A stretch of DNA of 64,000 nt from assembly GCA_048939995.1 (NCBI GenBank), contig JBHLOY010000003.1:384001-448000 (forward strand). The letters run 5' to 3'. The position numbers and the translations under genes are program-made. Below the pieces are notes generated by a model. It made no database searches. It was not told where the DNA came from and worked only from the letters and a program-made list of their open reading frames with translations. Origin of the DNA: Promethearchaeota archaeon. Lineage in GTDB: Archaea > Asgardarchaeota > Lokiarchaeia > Sigyniarchaeales > SOKP01. This document shows positions 47,284 to 58,264 of the stretch, piece by piece; within the stretch, counting starts at the first letter, position 1; each line of letters starts with the position of its first letter.

Positions 47284-49653
47284 CTAATTCGTTATATTGT
47301 GCATATTCGTTAATTCATCGGAAAACGGTTCAAGTTCTTGAGGGATTTCCAACTTAATAGGTGATCTGAGTGAAATTTTTTGTTCATTTTTTTTCTTCCA
47401 AACCATCGAGTTAAACTCCAACAAAGGTTTGCTGTATTTCAAATAATCTTGGACGTCATCTGGTTTGTACAGCTCTGGAAATGATTCATCGTGAATATCA
47501 ATATTATATAAATCCATACAGATACGATATGTGAAGAAAGGGATAATTGGGGATAGTAATTTCAAAATAACTTTCAATACATGATGAAGAGATGCTATAG
47601 TTGCCGGATCTCCTTGATAAGCCTTATCCTTTGCGATCTCAATGAAATGGGATGCAAATTTTCCCATTGCAAAAATTCTAACAGAGTCAGCAGGAACTTT
47701 GAAGTTAAATTCATCATATCCCTTACCTGCAGTTCTGATGAGTTGATTTACTTCTGCCAGTATCCATTTGCTAAGGGGTGAAAGCTCAAACTTATCTAGA
47801 TCGCTGGAATTATCCTCGAATAATGAAACGAACCGGCAAAGATTAAAAATTTTAGTTATTACCTTCTGGGTTGCAGCAATCTTTCTCTCGTCAATACGAA
47901 AATCTTCACCTACATTGCATACACTAGCAGCCCAGAACCGAAACACATCTGCTCCATATTTTTCTATGATTTCGTCCGCATCAATTATGTTTCCTAATGA
48001 TTTACTCATCTTTCTTCCTCGAGCATCGAGCCCCATCCCTGAAATCCACACGTGTTCAAACGGTTTTTTGCTTAGTAAAAGCCAGTTTTTCAACATCGTG
48101 TAATAAAGCCAAGTTCGAATAATATCTTTACCCTGTGGTCGGATGGAGCATGGATGATGCATCATGAAGAATTCTGGGTCTTTAGAATATTTCAAGGTAT
48201 AAAGGTTACTATTTGAGCTATCCATCCATGTATCAAAAGTCTTTTCTTCTCCAACATAACCAGCCGTATTACCACATTTTCTACATGGTAGTGTCGCAAA
48301 AGGTGGATCCTCTCGCCATGGTTGGACATATAAACCTTTCGGGGCTAGATGGATCTCACCGCACTGCTTACATTTCCAGAGGGGTATTTCTGTATGGTAA
48401 TATCGTCTTCTAGAAATGGGCCAGTCAATTGAGATACGTTCTATCCAGTCAAGGAGCCATTGCTTATTTTGGTCAGGATGAAATTGCATTTCACCAACCA
48501 TGTGCTTTAGATCCTCAACAAATTCTAGTTGTTTAATATAGTATTCCTTTAGCATGACAATTTCAAGACTATCACCAGATCTTTCACAAATAGGATAACG
48601 GTGTGGAACTTCTTCCACGTTTTCCAGTAGCCCCCATCCTTCTAAATCGTCAACGATATACTCGCGTGCTTTCTTTGTTGTTTGTCCAATATATTTTCCT
48701 GCAACCTCAGTTAATAACCCATGTTCATCTAAAGCAATAACTGGCTCAAGATTCAACTCACGGAATAGAACAATGTCAGTTTGGTCTCCAAACGAACAGA
48801 TCATTAAAGCTCCAGTTCCGTATTCCATGCTAGCGGATGGATGTGTTATAATGGGAACTGTTCGATCATATAACGGTAATTTGGCTAGTTTTCCTACGAA
48901 TTTTTTATGTCGGTCATCATCGGGGTGTATCAAGATAATCTGGCAAGCGCAAATTAATTCTGGTCGAGTGGTTGCTACTAGGATATACCCGTCTTCATCG
49001 TCTAATTCTTTACTTTCGATTTGAAACTTTATATAATATAGGTTAGTCATTCCTTCCTCGTAATATATCTCCGCATCTGCGATTGTAGTCTGGCATCCAG
49101 GACAAAAATTATTCGGACGATAATCTTCAACAACTAGTCCTTTCTCGTAAAGTTCAATAAAAGTACGCTGAGTACAAGCACGATATTCATCACTATCAGT
49201 CATATAATAATCCTGGTAATCAGGGGAGAGTCCAATTCGTTTAGCAATTCTTGTCATATCATCAGAAATCTTTGTAATCTCCTCACGACAGCGGGTAATA
49301 AAATCAGCCCGATCAAATTCAAACAAACTTTTTTTCTCCTTCTTCTCTATAACGAGTTCGATGTTGATACCATTGCGATCTAATCCCCAAGGGAATAAAA
49401 CATCGTATCCCCGTAAACGTTGGATTCGGGCTATCATATCAATCAAGGAGTAGTGGGCTACAGCACCAATATGCCACTTTCCAGAGGGATATGGTGGAGG
49501 AGTATCAATGCTAAAGAAAGGTTTTGACTTATCTCTCTCATGAAAGCTAACCTTATCATAGATATCTTTTTCTTCCCACTCTTTTAGGATCTCAAACTCT
49601 TCTTTAAAATTCCATCGTTTCAATGAGAGTTTAGACTTGTATTTATTGGACAA
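47284..49653 (-). CDS. valS: Valine--tRNA ligase (archaeal type)
   Basis: IDTPPPYPSG-WHIGA (HIGH variant), ATTRPEL, FDTWMDSS, RPQGKDIIRTW, KMSKS. Confidence 0.95.
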   Translation of the reverse strand: MSNKYKSKLSLKRWNFKEEFEILKEWEEKDIYDKVSFHERDKSKPFFSIDTPPPYPSGKWHIGAVAHYSLIDMIARIQRLRGYDVLFPWGLDRNGINIELVIEKKEKKSLFEFDRADFITRCREEITKISDDMTRIAKRIGLSPDYQDYYMTDSDEYRACTQRTFIELYEKGLVVEDYRPNNFCPGCQTTIADAEIYYEEGMTNLYYIKFQIESKELDDEDGYILVATTRPELICACQIILIHPDDDRHKKFVGKLAKLPLYDRTVPIITHPSASMEYGTGALMICSFGDQTDIVLFRELNLEPVIALDEHGLLTEVAGKYIGQTTKKAREYIVDDLEGWGLLENVEEVPHRYPICERSGDSLEIVMLKEYYIKQLEFVEDLKHMVGEMQFHPDQNKQWLLDWIERISIDWPISRRRYYHTEIPLWKCKQCGEIHLAPKGLYVQPWREDPPFATLPCRKCGNTAGYVGEEKTFDTWMDSSNSNLYTLKYSKDPEFFMMHHPCSIRPQGKDIIRTWLYYTMLKNWLLLSKKPFEHVWISGMGLDARGRKMSKSLGNIIDADEIIEKYGADVFRFWAASVCNVGEDFRIDERKIAATQKVITKIFNLCRFVSLFEDNSSDLDKFELSPLSKWILAEVNQLIRTAGKGYDEFNFKVPADSVRIFAMGKFASHFIEIAKDKAYQGDPATIASLHHVLKVILKLLSPIIPFFTYRICMDLYNIDIHDESFPELYKPDDVQDYLKYSKPLLEFNSMVWKKKNEQKISLRSPIKLEIPQELEPFSDELTNMHNITN

Positions 49654-49806
49654 TCAAATCACAACAATATTCCTTGTATATATTTAAAATTTTCTTCGAG
49701 TGTGTGATATGTATAGTTTAATTTTAATCAATTTTAATACTTTTTCACAAAATTTTCAATAAAATCAGACTCCGAATCGACCTTTCTGTCAAATTAATAG
49801 CTTCCT

Positions 49807-49856
49807 ATCGAAACTTCAATTACCGCAATTCGAATTATTGGATCGTTAGACCGTCA
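49807..49856 (+). repeat. Diverged direct repeat of the 3' end of gene 46407-47213 (other copy ~47163-47212)
   Basis: ACCGCAATTCGAATTATTG identical at 47178-47196 and 49822-49840; translations IETTITAIRII and IETSITAIRII. Confidence 0.8.
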
Positions 49857-49878
49857 AGGCCAATTCTTTCTAAAACTT

Positions 49879-50277
49879 TCAAAATTTGATAATATAGGGT
49901 TTCTTTCCCCTTTCAATTCTAATTAGATTTTCATACGCTTTCCTATGATGAGTCCCTTGCTCAACCCATTTTTTATATTCGTCACATGGAAAATCTCCAC
50001 ATTCAGAACAATTATTTAATTGTTTCTTATCAATGCAGCATATCAAAAGAGAGCAATTTGAAGCCCAATGGAAATCTGTTCTATCACTTCGGCAACCCTT
50101 ACAATAATCTTTATTCTCTATTATGTTGGAGACGGTTTGATCTTCTCGATACCATCCTTCAGATTGAAACCATTCCAGTACTTCCTTTCCAGATTTTTCA
50201 TCCCAAGGTAAATTTAATAACGGGCATGAATTGCATGTTAGTCCACATACGCTAATGTTTAGATCTTCTTTCTTCAT
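49879..50277 (-). CDS. DUF3795-like Cys-rich protein
   Basis: CGLTCNSC, CKGCRSD, CSLLICC, CSECGDFPC. Confidence 0.82.
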   Translation of the reverse strand: MKKEDLNISVCGLTCNSCPLLNLPWDEKSGKEVLEWFQSEGWYREDQTVSNIIENKDYCKGCRSDRTDFHWASNCSLLICCIDKKQLNNCSECGDFPCDEYKKWVEQGTHHRKAYENLIRIERGKKPYIIKF

Positions 50278-50314
50278 CTTACTTTTAAAATACTCATCCC
50301 AAATAAATATTAAA

Positions 50315-51589
50315 TTATAAAATTGTTATTTTTTGAATTTTTTCTCTTGAGTTTCTTACATCCAATAGTTTGGAACAGTTATCAATACTTAAAATATCAG
50401 CCCAATCATTCAATTCTTTAGCGTTTCGATCTGAAACTTTCTTAGATTCAATTAATTCATGATATTGGGACTCCATTTTTATTATTGCATTTTTATTACC
50501 GGCTCCATTCCTTCTTAAATTATTGTATTTTGCAAGATTAATATCTGACTGACTATTCCTATATTCACTATCTTCCAATGAATTATGAATGAAATAATTG
50601 TGCCATATCTTATTTTCAATTGGTGGAATTGTTAAAATCGATAATGTATCACTCAATTTTCCGTATAGATTATTTCTTAAATAATTTCCTACACTTTCCT
50701 CAAAACCAAATAGAGAAAGAAAGATAATTTGGGGATAGATATGATTATATAGGTTAAAGTCTTTCTTATACACTAAGTGAGTAAATCTCTTTACTTCCTC
50801 TAATAACTTTAACATCTGAATTAATTTTAATGGTGCCTTCTTCTTATGGGCAAATACAAACGTAATTTTAAGATTAAGTTTTTTTTCATTTAAATTCTGT
50901 GAGTTATTAAGAGAGTTTCCTGAATATTTTTCTTCTTCACTAATGATTAAATCAGCAATTCGCTGATAGTAAGCATTCTCTAATGCAAAATCATAATTTC
51001 TAAATACTTTTAAAGAGTTATTTTTAACATTTATAAACTTATTTTCTAATAGCTCAATATATTGGCGATATATATCATACCATATTTCCCAAGAACCATC
51101 AATATCACTTAAAGAGAAAGGATATTTTCTTAAACCATCATTATAATCATAAATTTCTTGCAATGAATCTAACAAATTCATTAGTATCTCTTTTTCAATT
51201 TCAATCAATTGATTTAGTAAACTCTTTTCTTCTATTCGCTTAATTTTTAAATTTGAAAATACATAATTTTTCTCATTTTCTTTCCTAAGCTTGGTTAAAT
51301 TATATAAAGTCTTTCCTAATGGTTTAATAGTCTTATTGGATGAATTATGATCCTTAAATATTTGATTGTTAAATAAAGCTAAAATAGAAAAAGAAGTTCG
51401 ATTTTTTGATTTATTAACGGAACCACGTACAATAACGGATTGATCTTTTCTATTTATTCCTATAATTAATAAATTAAGATCATCTGTATTAGAATTCTTA
51501 TCAATTTCAAAGTTGGGTTTAATTTTATTTTTTATGTTCGAAAAAATATCATTTAATCTAATTACTCTTTCAATTGTATGGACTCTCAT
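50315..51589 (-). CDS. Hypothetical protein, 424 aa
   Basis: Long ORF in very AT-rich DNA; no recognisable motif. Confidence 0.7.
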   Translation of the reverse strand: MRVHTIERVIRLNDIFSNIKNKIKPNFEIDKNSNTDDLNLLIIGINRKDQSVIVRGSVNKSKNRTSFSILALFNNQIFKDHNSSNKTIKPLGKTLYNLTKLRKENEKNYVFSNLKIKRIEEKSLLNQLIEIEKEILMNLLDSLQEIYDYNDGLRKYPFSLSDIDGSWEIWYDIYRQYIELLENKFINVKNNSLKVFRNYDFALENAYYQRIADLIISEEEKYSGNSLNNSQNLNEKKLNLKITFVFAHKKKAPLKLIQMLKLLEEVKRFTHLVYKKDFNLYNHIYPQIIFLSLFGFEESVGNYLRNNLYGKLSDTLSILTIPPIENKIWHNYFIHNSLEDSEYRNSQSDINLAKYNNLRRNGAGNKNAIIKMESQYHELIESKKVSDRNAKELNDWADILSIDNCSKLLDVRNSREKIQKITIL

Positions 51590-52397
51590 TCAATTTTCAC
51601 TTACTTTTTTGATTTTAAAAATTTTTTTAAACATTAAAGAAGGGAACGAAATATTTAATTACTCGTTATTTTACTCTACTTCCTCAACTATTTGAAGATC
51701 TACTGTTCATATTATAAAATTAATGATAAACTCCTTTGCCCATACTCTTTATATATAAGAGAAAATATAAATCGAATCTGTTAAATTAAATTCTTCAATC
51801 TTAATATCATATATTAATCCATTTTTATATGAAAGAGATAATGGTATCTTGATTACAATTTTATATTCATCTAAATATAAGTTATTATAATAAACCCTTT
51901 CATTTTTATTAAAGTCAATAAACTTATTCAAAAAATTTTTGGATCTACTATTATTCTTATTTTTATTCATTGAAACATCTCTAATTCAAGTTAAATCTGG
52001 TGATTTTCACCATATTTTCTTAAATGAAACGAAATAAAGTTTTTGAGTTTTCGTTATCAAAATGGCAAATAATGATCTAAGAAATATGATTAAAAGAGTA
52101 AATCAGAAATTTCAAATTTTTAAGAATTTCAAATTTCTTTACTGTTTGAAGTAATATAGTTAAAAATAATATTTAAATTTATCGCTAAATAATTCTAAAT
52201 TCTTAAATCCTAACAGAGGTAAAACTTTTATTTATTAAAGTTACAGAACTGAACTCTATTTAACTTTTCCTTTTAATTTTCTCCTTATCTGACTAAATCT
52301 TTTCTCTAATTATATTATTTTTCAATTTCATTTGAATTTGGAATAAGAAAAGTATAATAACATTTTTATCTGTAGTTTCAAATCCACTTAAGCCTAT

Positions 52398-52823
52398 TTA
52401 AAAGATGCCTTTAGATAAAACTTTCTCAATTTCTAAATCTAATTCATCTGTAGGGGTCTTAACACACCCTATTTTTGCAATTACTTGAATTCCAGTTGGT
52501 TTCATAATTTTTGCGATATCATTACAAATTTTAGGAGGACCCGTTTTAGATGTTCCTGTAGCAAATACGATAAGTTTTTTTCCTTTCAGATTAAAGTTAG
52601 TAATTTTTTGTAGGAATTCTTTATACTCCTTTGCTATCTGAAAATAGTGTGTAGGAGAACCCAAACATATGATCTCAAAATCATTAAAAGAATTATTTTG
52701 TTCAAAATTCTTATCTTGATAAATCTGAACTATTATATGAAGCGTTTCTAACCTATTTTTAATTTTTTCTGCCAAAATTTTAGTATTTCCTGAACGCGTA
52801 TGAAATATTATAACTGCTTTCAT
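52398..52823 (-). CDS. Flavodoxin-like protein
   Basis: FHTRSGNT, LGSPT, VFATG. Confidence 0.88.
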   Translation of the reverse strand: MKAVIIFHTRSGNTKILAEKIKNRLETLHIIVQIYQDKNFEQNNSFNDFEIICLGSPTHYFQIAKEYKEFLQKITNFNLKGKKLIVFATGTSKTGPPKICNDIAKIMKPTGIQVIAKIGCVKTPTDELDLEIEKVLSKGIF

Positions 52824-53002
52824 TTTTATTGGTTTACTCTTTAAAAAATTTAAATTTATTCTATCCTTCTTACTTAAATAAAATTTTGTATCTTAAATAT
52901 ATTAATCCAGATTTTCAGTAATGTATAAAATTCGCAAAAATTATTATCTAAAAATTTCTTTTTGAGCTCTTTCTGCCTGATCCTTCACAAAATCAATGAA
53001 AT

Positions 53003-53086
53003 CTAATTATTTTCCAAAAATATTTCATCTTCCTTGGAAGCAGGGATTTCCTCTGGTTGGGATTTATTTTTAATTATTATACTCAT
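53003..53086 (-). pseudogene. Diverged 5' fragment of the regulator gene 53199-53687
   Basis: Encodes KNKSQPEEIPASKEDEIF versus KNKSKPEENPASKEDEIF in the intact gene, then stops. Confidence 0.75.
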
Positions 53087-53198
53087 TTTAAAGATTCGAA
53101 TATTTAATAAATTATAGGAGTACAAGTTTTTAAAGAAAGGGTGCATTAAGAGAGGGAAATTTTAAATTTATTTGATAAAAAGCTTTTCGATTTGATAG

Positions 53199-53687
53199 CT
53201 AAGTGTAGCGGCTTTTTAGTTGTCCAAGAATAATCAAATTGATTGTACAAATTACATTTATCGTGATTTGAATTATTAAATTGGAAAGAGTTTTAGGGGA
53301 AATGAACCAAAAAGCAAGAGGAGTTAATATTTCAGCAGCTATCCAACAAAGCAGTGTTATTACATAAGCATAAACGAAATTTCTTCTATATCGTGACATT
53401 TTTATAGATTGGTCTGTTTTTGTAAGAAGCAATAATGCAGCTCTTCCAATATCAGAGAAGGAATATTTAGTATTTTTTTGAATTATAAATTGCTTCATGC
53501 TTTTGAGGTGATAGGAAAGAGTTGGACTATCAATTGGTTCTAATCCTCTTTTTATTTCTGAGAAAGTCAAATCCTTATTACCGAGTACCTTTATAATACT
53601 CCGACGTGTATCATGTGTTAATATTTTAAAAATCTCATCTTCCTTAGAAGCAGGATTTTCTTCAGGTTTAGATTTATTTTTATTCAT
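53199..53687 (-). CDS. Winged-helix regulator with two C-terminal TM helices
   Basis: IFKILTHDTRRSII..LTFSEI...SPTLSYHLKSM, followed by two hydrophobic segments. Confidence 0.82.
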   Translation of the reverse strand: MNKNKSKPEENPASKEDEIFKILTHDTRRSIIKVLGNKDLTFSEIKRGLEPIDSPTLSYHLKSMKQFIIQKNTKYSFSDIGRAALLLLTKTDQSIKMSRYRRNFVYAYVITLLCWIAAEILTPLAFWFISPKTLSNLIIQITINVICTINLIILGQLKSRYT

Positions 53688-54086
53688 CTTAATTATTATA
53701 ACCCTTTTATTACTTATAAAAATTAATATCGTTGATATTTGACCGAAATAAGTTATTGAAATTTATCCATTTATATAAATTCCAAAAATATAATAATAAT
53801 TTATGATAAAAATTCAATATATTAACCAAAAAAATTCGATGTTAGCCCTATTTTTATTAATCCTGATTATCATGATAAATTTTTCTATATTCAGAATCCC
53901 GATTGATTTAGCAAATCAATTTTTTTGATAGTCAACACTTCTATACCATGTTTGGGATAGTCAAACTCCCTTTACTAAACGGTTCTACACTTACTAGGTT
54001 AAATATTTTTGAAATCCTAATAAAATTAAATATAAATGTGAATCAAACATGAAAAAAAATAACGAAATAAGAAGAGGTGTTTATGA

Positions 54087-54905
54087 GTGATAAATAATGA
54101 AAATATAAGATACTCTAGCAGCGAATCAGTCCATATTTCGGATAATTCAAATGCAATTGAAGTCATTGATTTGAAAAAAGTATATAAAGATAAAAGACGT
54201 GTTGAAGAAGTTAATGCTGTTGATGGTATATCGTTTTCAATAAAGAAGGGTGAGATATTTGGTCTATTAGGACCAAATGGAGCAGGAAAAACTACCACAA
54301 TAAATATTTTAAGTGGTCTAATAGAGCAAACCGAAGGAGAAGCTTTTGTTGGAGGTTATTGCGTAAAGGAGGAACTTCAGGACATCAAAGAAATAATTGG
54401 TGTTTGTCCTCAACAAGCAGCAGTTTATCCATATCTTAATGCTAAGGAAAATATTGAGTTTTTCGGGAAATTACATCTTATGGATAAAGAAGAAATAAAC
54501 AGAAGGGCTGATAAATTTTTAGATTTATTAAGTTTATCTAAAGCAAAGGGTAGAAAAGCTAAGAACTATAGTGGGGGAATGTTAAGACAATTAAATCTTA
54601 TTATAGCTTTAATAAGTGACCCTCCCATTTTGTTTTTGGATGAACCAACAGTTGGAATGGATCCACGAGTCAGGCGAATAACCTGGAAATTCATTAGCTC
54701 TTTAAAGGAATCGAATAAAACAGTAGTTTTAACAACGCATTATATAGAAGAAGCGGAAGAGCTTTGTGATCGAGTTGCTATAATTGAATATGGTAAATTA
54801 ATTGCGATAGGATCACCAAAAAATTTGATCAGGGAACATACTGCAAAAGACTTGGAAGAAGTATTTTTAAAAATTACAGGAAGAAGAATTATGGAGGGAG
54901 TTTAA
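54087..54905 (+). CDS. ABC-2 (DrrA-like) exporter ATP-binding protein
   Basis: GPNGAGKTT, YSGGM, FLDEPTVGMDP, LTTHY. Confidence 0.92.
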   Translation: MINNENIRYSSSESVHISDNSNAIEVIDLKKVYKDKRRVEEVNAVDGISFSIKKGEIFGLLGPNGAGKTTTINILSGLIEQTEGEAFVGGYCVKEELQDIKEIIGVCPQQAAVYPYLNAKENIEFFGKLHLMDKEEINRRADKFLDLLSLSKAKGRKAKNYSGGMLRQLNLIIALISDPPILFLDEPTVGMDPRVRRITWKFISSLKESNKTVVLTTHYIEEAEELCDRVAIIEYGKLIAIGSPKNLIREHTAKDLEEVFLKITGRRIMEGV

Positions 54906-54907
54906 AA

Positions 54908-55657
54908 ATGAAAAGTAAGAGAATTTTCGCTATTCTGAAAATACAATATAAAAATCTTATAAGGTCACCAGCCCCACTATCTATAATACTTTTACTCCCT
55001 ATAGTATTAACATTGATATTTAGCCTGATGTTTGGATCGGTGATCATAGAAGATATGGGAAAGAGCGTATTTGAATTACTTGTTCCTGGTTTATATGCCT
55101 TTAGTGCTCTTTTTATGGCAATACCAGTTGCTTTATCATTTTCAGAGGACCGAGAACAAGGTTTGTTAAAAAGAATTAACACGACTCCAACGACTGGGAC
55201 AGAGTTCATAGTAAGTCACCTATTATCAAATATAACCATGTCAATCATTCAAGTAGCAATTATTGCCGTTCTTACTTTTCTAATGGGATATCGTGGATCC
55301 ACCGAGGGAACCTTCCTTGCGTTTGTCTTAATGGTTATCTTTTCCATGTCTACTATTGGTTTTGGATTAATAACGGCAACTATCGCAAAAAGTGCCAAAG
55401 CAGCTGGAGGAATAATTCAAATTTTCGTGCTCCCTCAACAGATGCTTGCCTCTGGGTTATATCCCTTGCCATCTGAAGCTAAGGCAGTTAGTATGTTCAT
55501 GCCTTTACATTATGTGTCTGATGCTTTAACTCTCCTCTCTAACGGTGTACCGCTAATTGATTTAAGAATTTGGGGTGATTTGTTAATACTTATAATCTTC
55601 AGCCTTGTAATTATTAGCATAGGAATCTTATTGTTTAAAAAGTATAGCAAAGTATAA
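54908..55657 (+). CDS. ABC-2 type permease
   Basis: Six TM helices, DREQGLLKRI..TP, PLHY. Confidence 0.9.
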   Translation: MKSKRIFAILKIQYKNLIRSPAPLSIILLLPIVLTLIFSLMFGSVIIEDMGKSVFELLVPGLYAFSALFMAIPVALSFSEDREQGLLKRINTTPTTGTEFIVSHLLSNITMSIIQVAIIAVLTFLMGYRGSTEGTFLAFVLMVIFSMSTIGFGLITATIAKSAKAAGGIIQIFVLPQQMLASGLYPLPSEAKAVSMFMPLHYVSDALTLLSNGVPLIDLRIWGDLLILIIFSLVIISIGILLFKKYSKV

Positions 55658-55911
55658 TTTTTTATTTTCTTTTTTTTTATTAAATAAGTGTGTTTAAAGA
55701 AAAAAAAAAAATCTATTCTTCGATTTTAAGTTTTCTTTCCTTTAAAACCATTTTTAATTTAAAATCATTAAGAATATTTGTGAATCGATATCTTCAATAG
55801 AAAATTTATATTATTTTTTCTATAAATGTTAAAAATTTATACTCTTTTAACTTTTTAATAAGTAAGAGTATTATTATAATTATATTCTACTACTTTTTAA
55901 GCGAAAAAAGA

Positions 55912-57243
55912 TTGGTTCGGCCTCCGACTGAAGGAAATATTTGTCTTAGATGCAAAGGCTCAAGGTTATTATGCGGTAAAAAATCTTGTCCTATTCTTCT
56001 AAAGAAATCAGTTTTAAAATCAATGGTACCATTTAAACTGGATACAGGGATAAGGGATGTTGAAATCTTCGGTGCAAGTCCTCCAGGAGTATTTGTAGGG
56101 CATTTCAATTATCCTAATGTATATATTGGACCACTCGTTCCTTATCAAGAATTTCATTTAAACTTAGACATTTCGGATAACTATATTCTTGATGCTCCAG
56201 AACTTTGGTTTGGAAAGGAAATGACTGATGTCATAAGATATAGAAGTAGTTTGGTTCGTAATAATTTTAAGTCAAATGTAAGGATTGGTCAAACTAGTAG
56301 AAAAAACACTCCCCCAATCAGAGTGCAAAGACTATTAGATACTTCACAAGAGTTAGCTATGGCAGCAAAACCAGTAGATACTGAAACAAAATTAAAAAAA
56401 ATGAACTTTAGAATGTTAATGGATAATCATGCTCCACCACTTGGACCTACTGGTATGACTGAAAAAATCAATATTACTGAGAATGTAAAAGTCCATCCAA
56501 AAGTTGAATATTGCGTATCAGACACAGATTTAAAAGCAACTGAGGCTGTATCTGATTATTTATATTTTGATGGGCATGTCCCAGAATCAACAATAAGGAG
56601 AGTTTTTTCTGCGGGATTACTTGGCCAAAAGTCAAATAGAAGACTCGTCCCAACTCGTTGGAGTATAACAGCTGTTGACGATATCATTTCAAAGGCTTTA
56701 ATTGAGGAAATCAAAAAATTCCCCGAGATAAACCAATTTCAAATTTTTGAATCAACATACCTAGATAATCATTTCAAAATTTTACTTTTTCCTGGAAGCT
56801 TTATGTATGAAATGAATGAAGTTTGGGCTCCAAATACGTTATGGAATATCTCTCTTGATGGTAGTCCTCGGAAATTAAAGCCTCAGATAATGACAGATTA
56901 TGAATTTTATCGCGGAAGGAAGAATTATGCAAGTAATATTACAGGGGCATATTATGCTGCTCGGCTCTCAGTATGCGAATATCTTTATAATATTAGACGG
57001 CAAGCAAGAGTTCTCATTTTCAGAGAAGTTTCAGGAGGTTATCTTGTTCCTCTAGGAGTATGGGTAATTAGAGAGACAGTTCGGAATGCTATGTTAGCGA
57101 GTGACCCTGTTATCATAGACAATTTTGATGATTCTATCTATAAAATGGCAGATGGCTTTATGGTAGATTATAAATTCTGGAGAAATAGCAGTAAAATAAT
57201 TAATTATATCAAAACACAGAAAACAATCAAAGATTTTTTATAG
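55912..57243 (+). CDS. Nre-family DNA repair protein with C-terminal PCNA-binding PIP box
   Basis: CLRCKG..LCG...CP, SPPGVFVG, RRLVPTRWSITAVD, PLGVWVIRE, QKTIKDFL. Confidence 0.93.
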   Translation: MVRPPTEGNICLRCKGSRLLCGKKSCPILLKKSVLKSMVPFKLDTGIRDVEIFGASPPGVFVGHFNYPNVYIGPLVPYQEFHLNLDISDNYILDAPELWFGKEMTDVIRYRSSLVRNNFKSNVRIGQTSRKNTPPIRVQRLLDTSQELAMAAKPVDTETKLKKMNFRMLMDNHAPPLGPTGMTEKINITENVKVHPKVEYCVSDTDLKATEAVSDYLYFDGHVPESTIRRVFSAGLLGQKSNRRLVPTRWSITAVDDIISKALIEEIKKFPEINQFQIFESTYLDNHFKILLFPGSFMYEMNEVWAPNTLWNISLDGSPRKLKPQIMTDYEFYRGRKNYASNITGAYYAARLSVCEYLYNIRRQARVLIFREVSGGYLVPLGVWVIRETVRNAMLASDPVIIDNFDDSIYKMADGFMVDYKFWRNSSKIINYIKTQKTIKDFL

Positions 57244-57297
57244 AATTTTAGATTATAACCAGTTTTAGTTAAACGAAAACAATAAGATTATTATTAT

Positions 57298-58110
57298 ATG
57301 GACGATAAAGAAGTAGGTAAATTTTGGGATGAGAATGCGGAAAATTGGACTACGCTTGCCAGATTAGGGTACGATCGGTGTAGAAATTTGATAAATACGC
57401 CTGCCTTTTTTAAAATGCTCCCTGACATCTCAGGTTTAAGCGGTTTAGATATAGGTTGTGGAGAGGGATATAATACACGAATAGCAGCAAAAAAAGGGGC
57501 GAATATGACAGCAATCGATATATCTGAAACCTTTATTAAATATGCTAAAGAGTCTGAACAACTAGAACCTTTGGGAATTAAATTTCAAATTGCGAATGCA
57601 GTGGACCTTCCTTTTCCAGATGATTATTATCATTTCATAATAGCTACTATGAGTTTAATGGATATAGCAGATCATAAGAAAGCCTTAAAGGAGGTTTTTC
57701 GAGTTCTCAAACCCAATGGATTCTTTCAATTTTCTATAAGTCATCCAATTTCAACAGGTATATGGGAATGGGTTAGAGATGAAAATGATAAGGTACGTTC
57801 TTCTGATGGAACTTTTCAACCCAGAAAGATAGGATTCATTATTAAGGATTACTTTAAGAAAGTTGAAGGGGAAATAGATGAGTGGATATTTGGTGCTGCC
57901 CCAATAGAAATGACTGAAAAGATGAAGAAGTTTAGAATTCCAAGGTTTAACCATACTCTTTCTGAATGGCTTAACCTACTTATAAAAACAGGGTTTAAGC
58001 TGGAGGAGTTCTGTGAACCTTATGCTAGTGATGAAATTTTAAAGGAATATCCTGAAGAGTATGATTCTCGTATAGCTCCCTTTTTCTTAATTATTAGATG
58101 CAGAAAGTAA
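57298..58110 (+). CDS. Class I SAM-dependent methyltransferase
   Basis: LDIGCGEG, RVLKPNG. Confidence 0.9.
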   Translation: MDDKEVGKFWDENAENWTTLARLGYDRCRNLINTPAFFKMLPDISGLSGLDIGCGEGYNTRIAAKKGANMTAIDISETFIKYAKESEQLEPLGIKFQIANAVDLPFPDDYYHFIIATMSLMDIADHKKALKEVFRVLKPNGFFQFSISHPISTGIWEWVRDENDKVRSSDGTFQPRKIGFIIKDYFKKVEGEIDEWIFGAAPIEMTEKMKKFRIPRFNHTLSEWLNLLIKTGFKLEEFCEPYASDEILKEYPEEYDSRIAPFFLIIRCRK

Positions 58111-58264
58111 AATTAATTATTAGAAGAACCAAGCAGTTAATCTATGGAGGATGAATTTTCTTAATCGAATTTTAGATATTCTATTATTTAAAACTTTAAA
58201 TTGAATCTTATCAATTATATGATTTATATAATCAAAAGTTTAATATAAAAAAAAGTGAATAATT

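Noticed and set aside
51749-51970. 73-aa ORF MNKNKNNSRS...
   Set aside because: Low-complexity AT-rich composition and no motif; cannot be supported without homologs.
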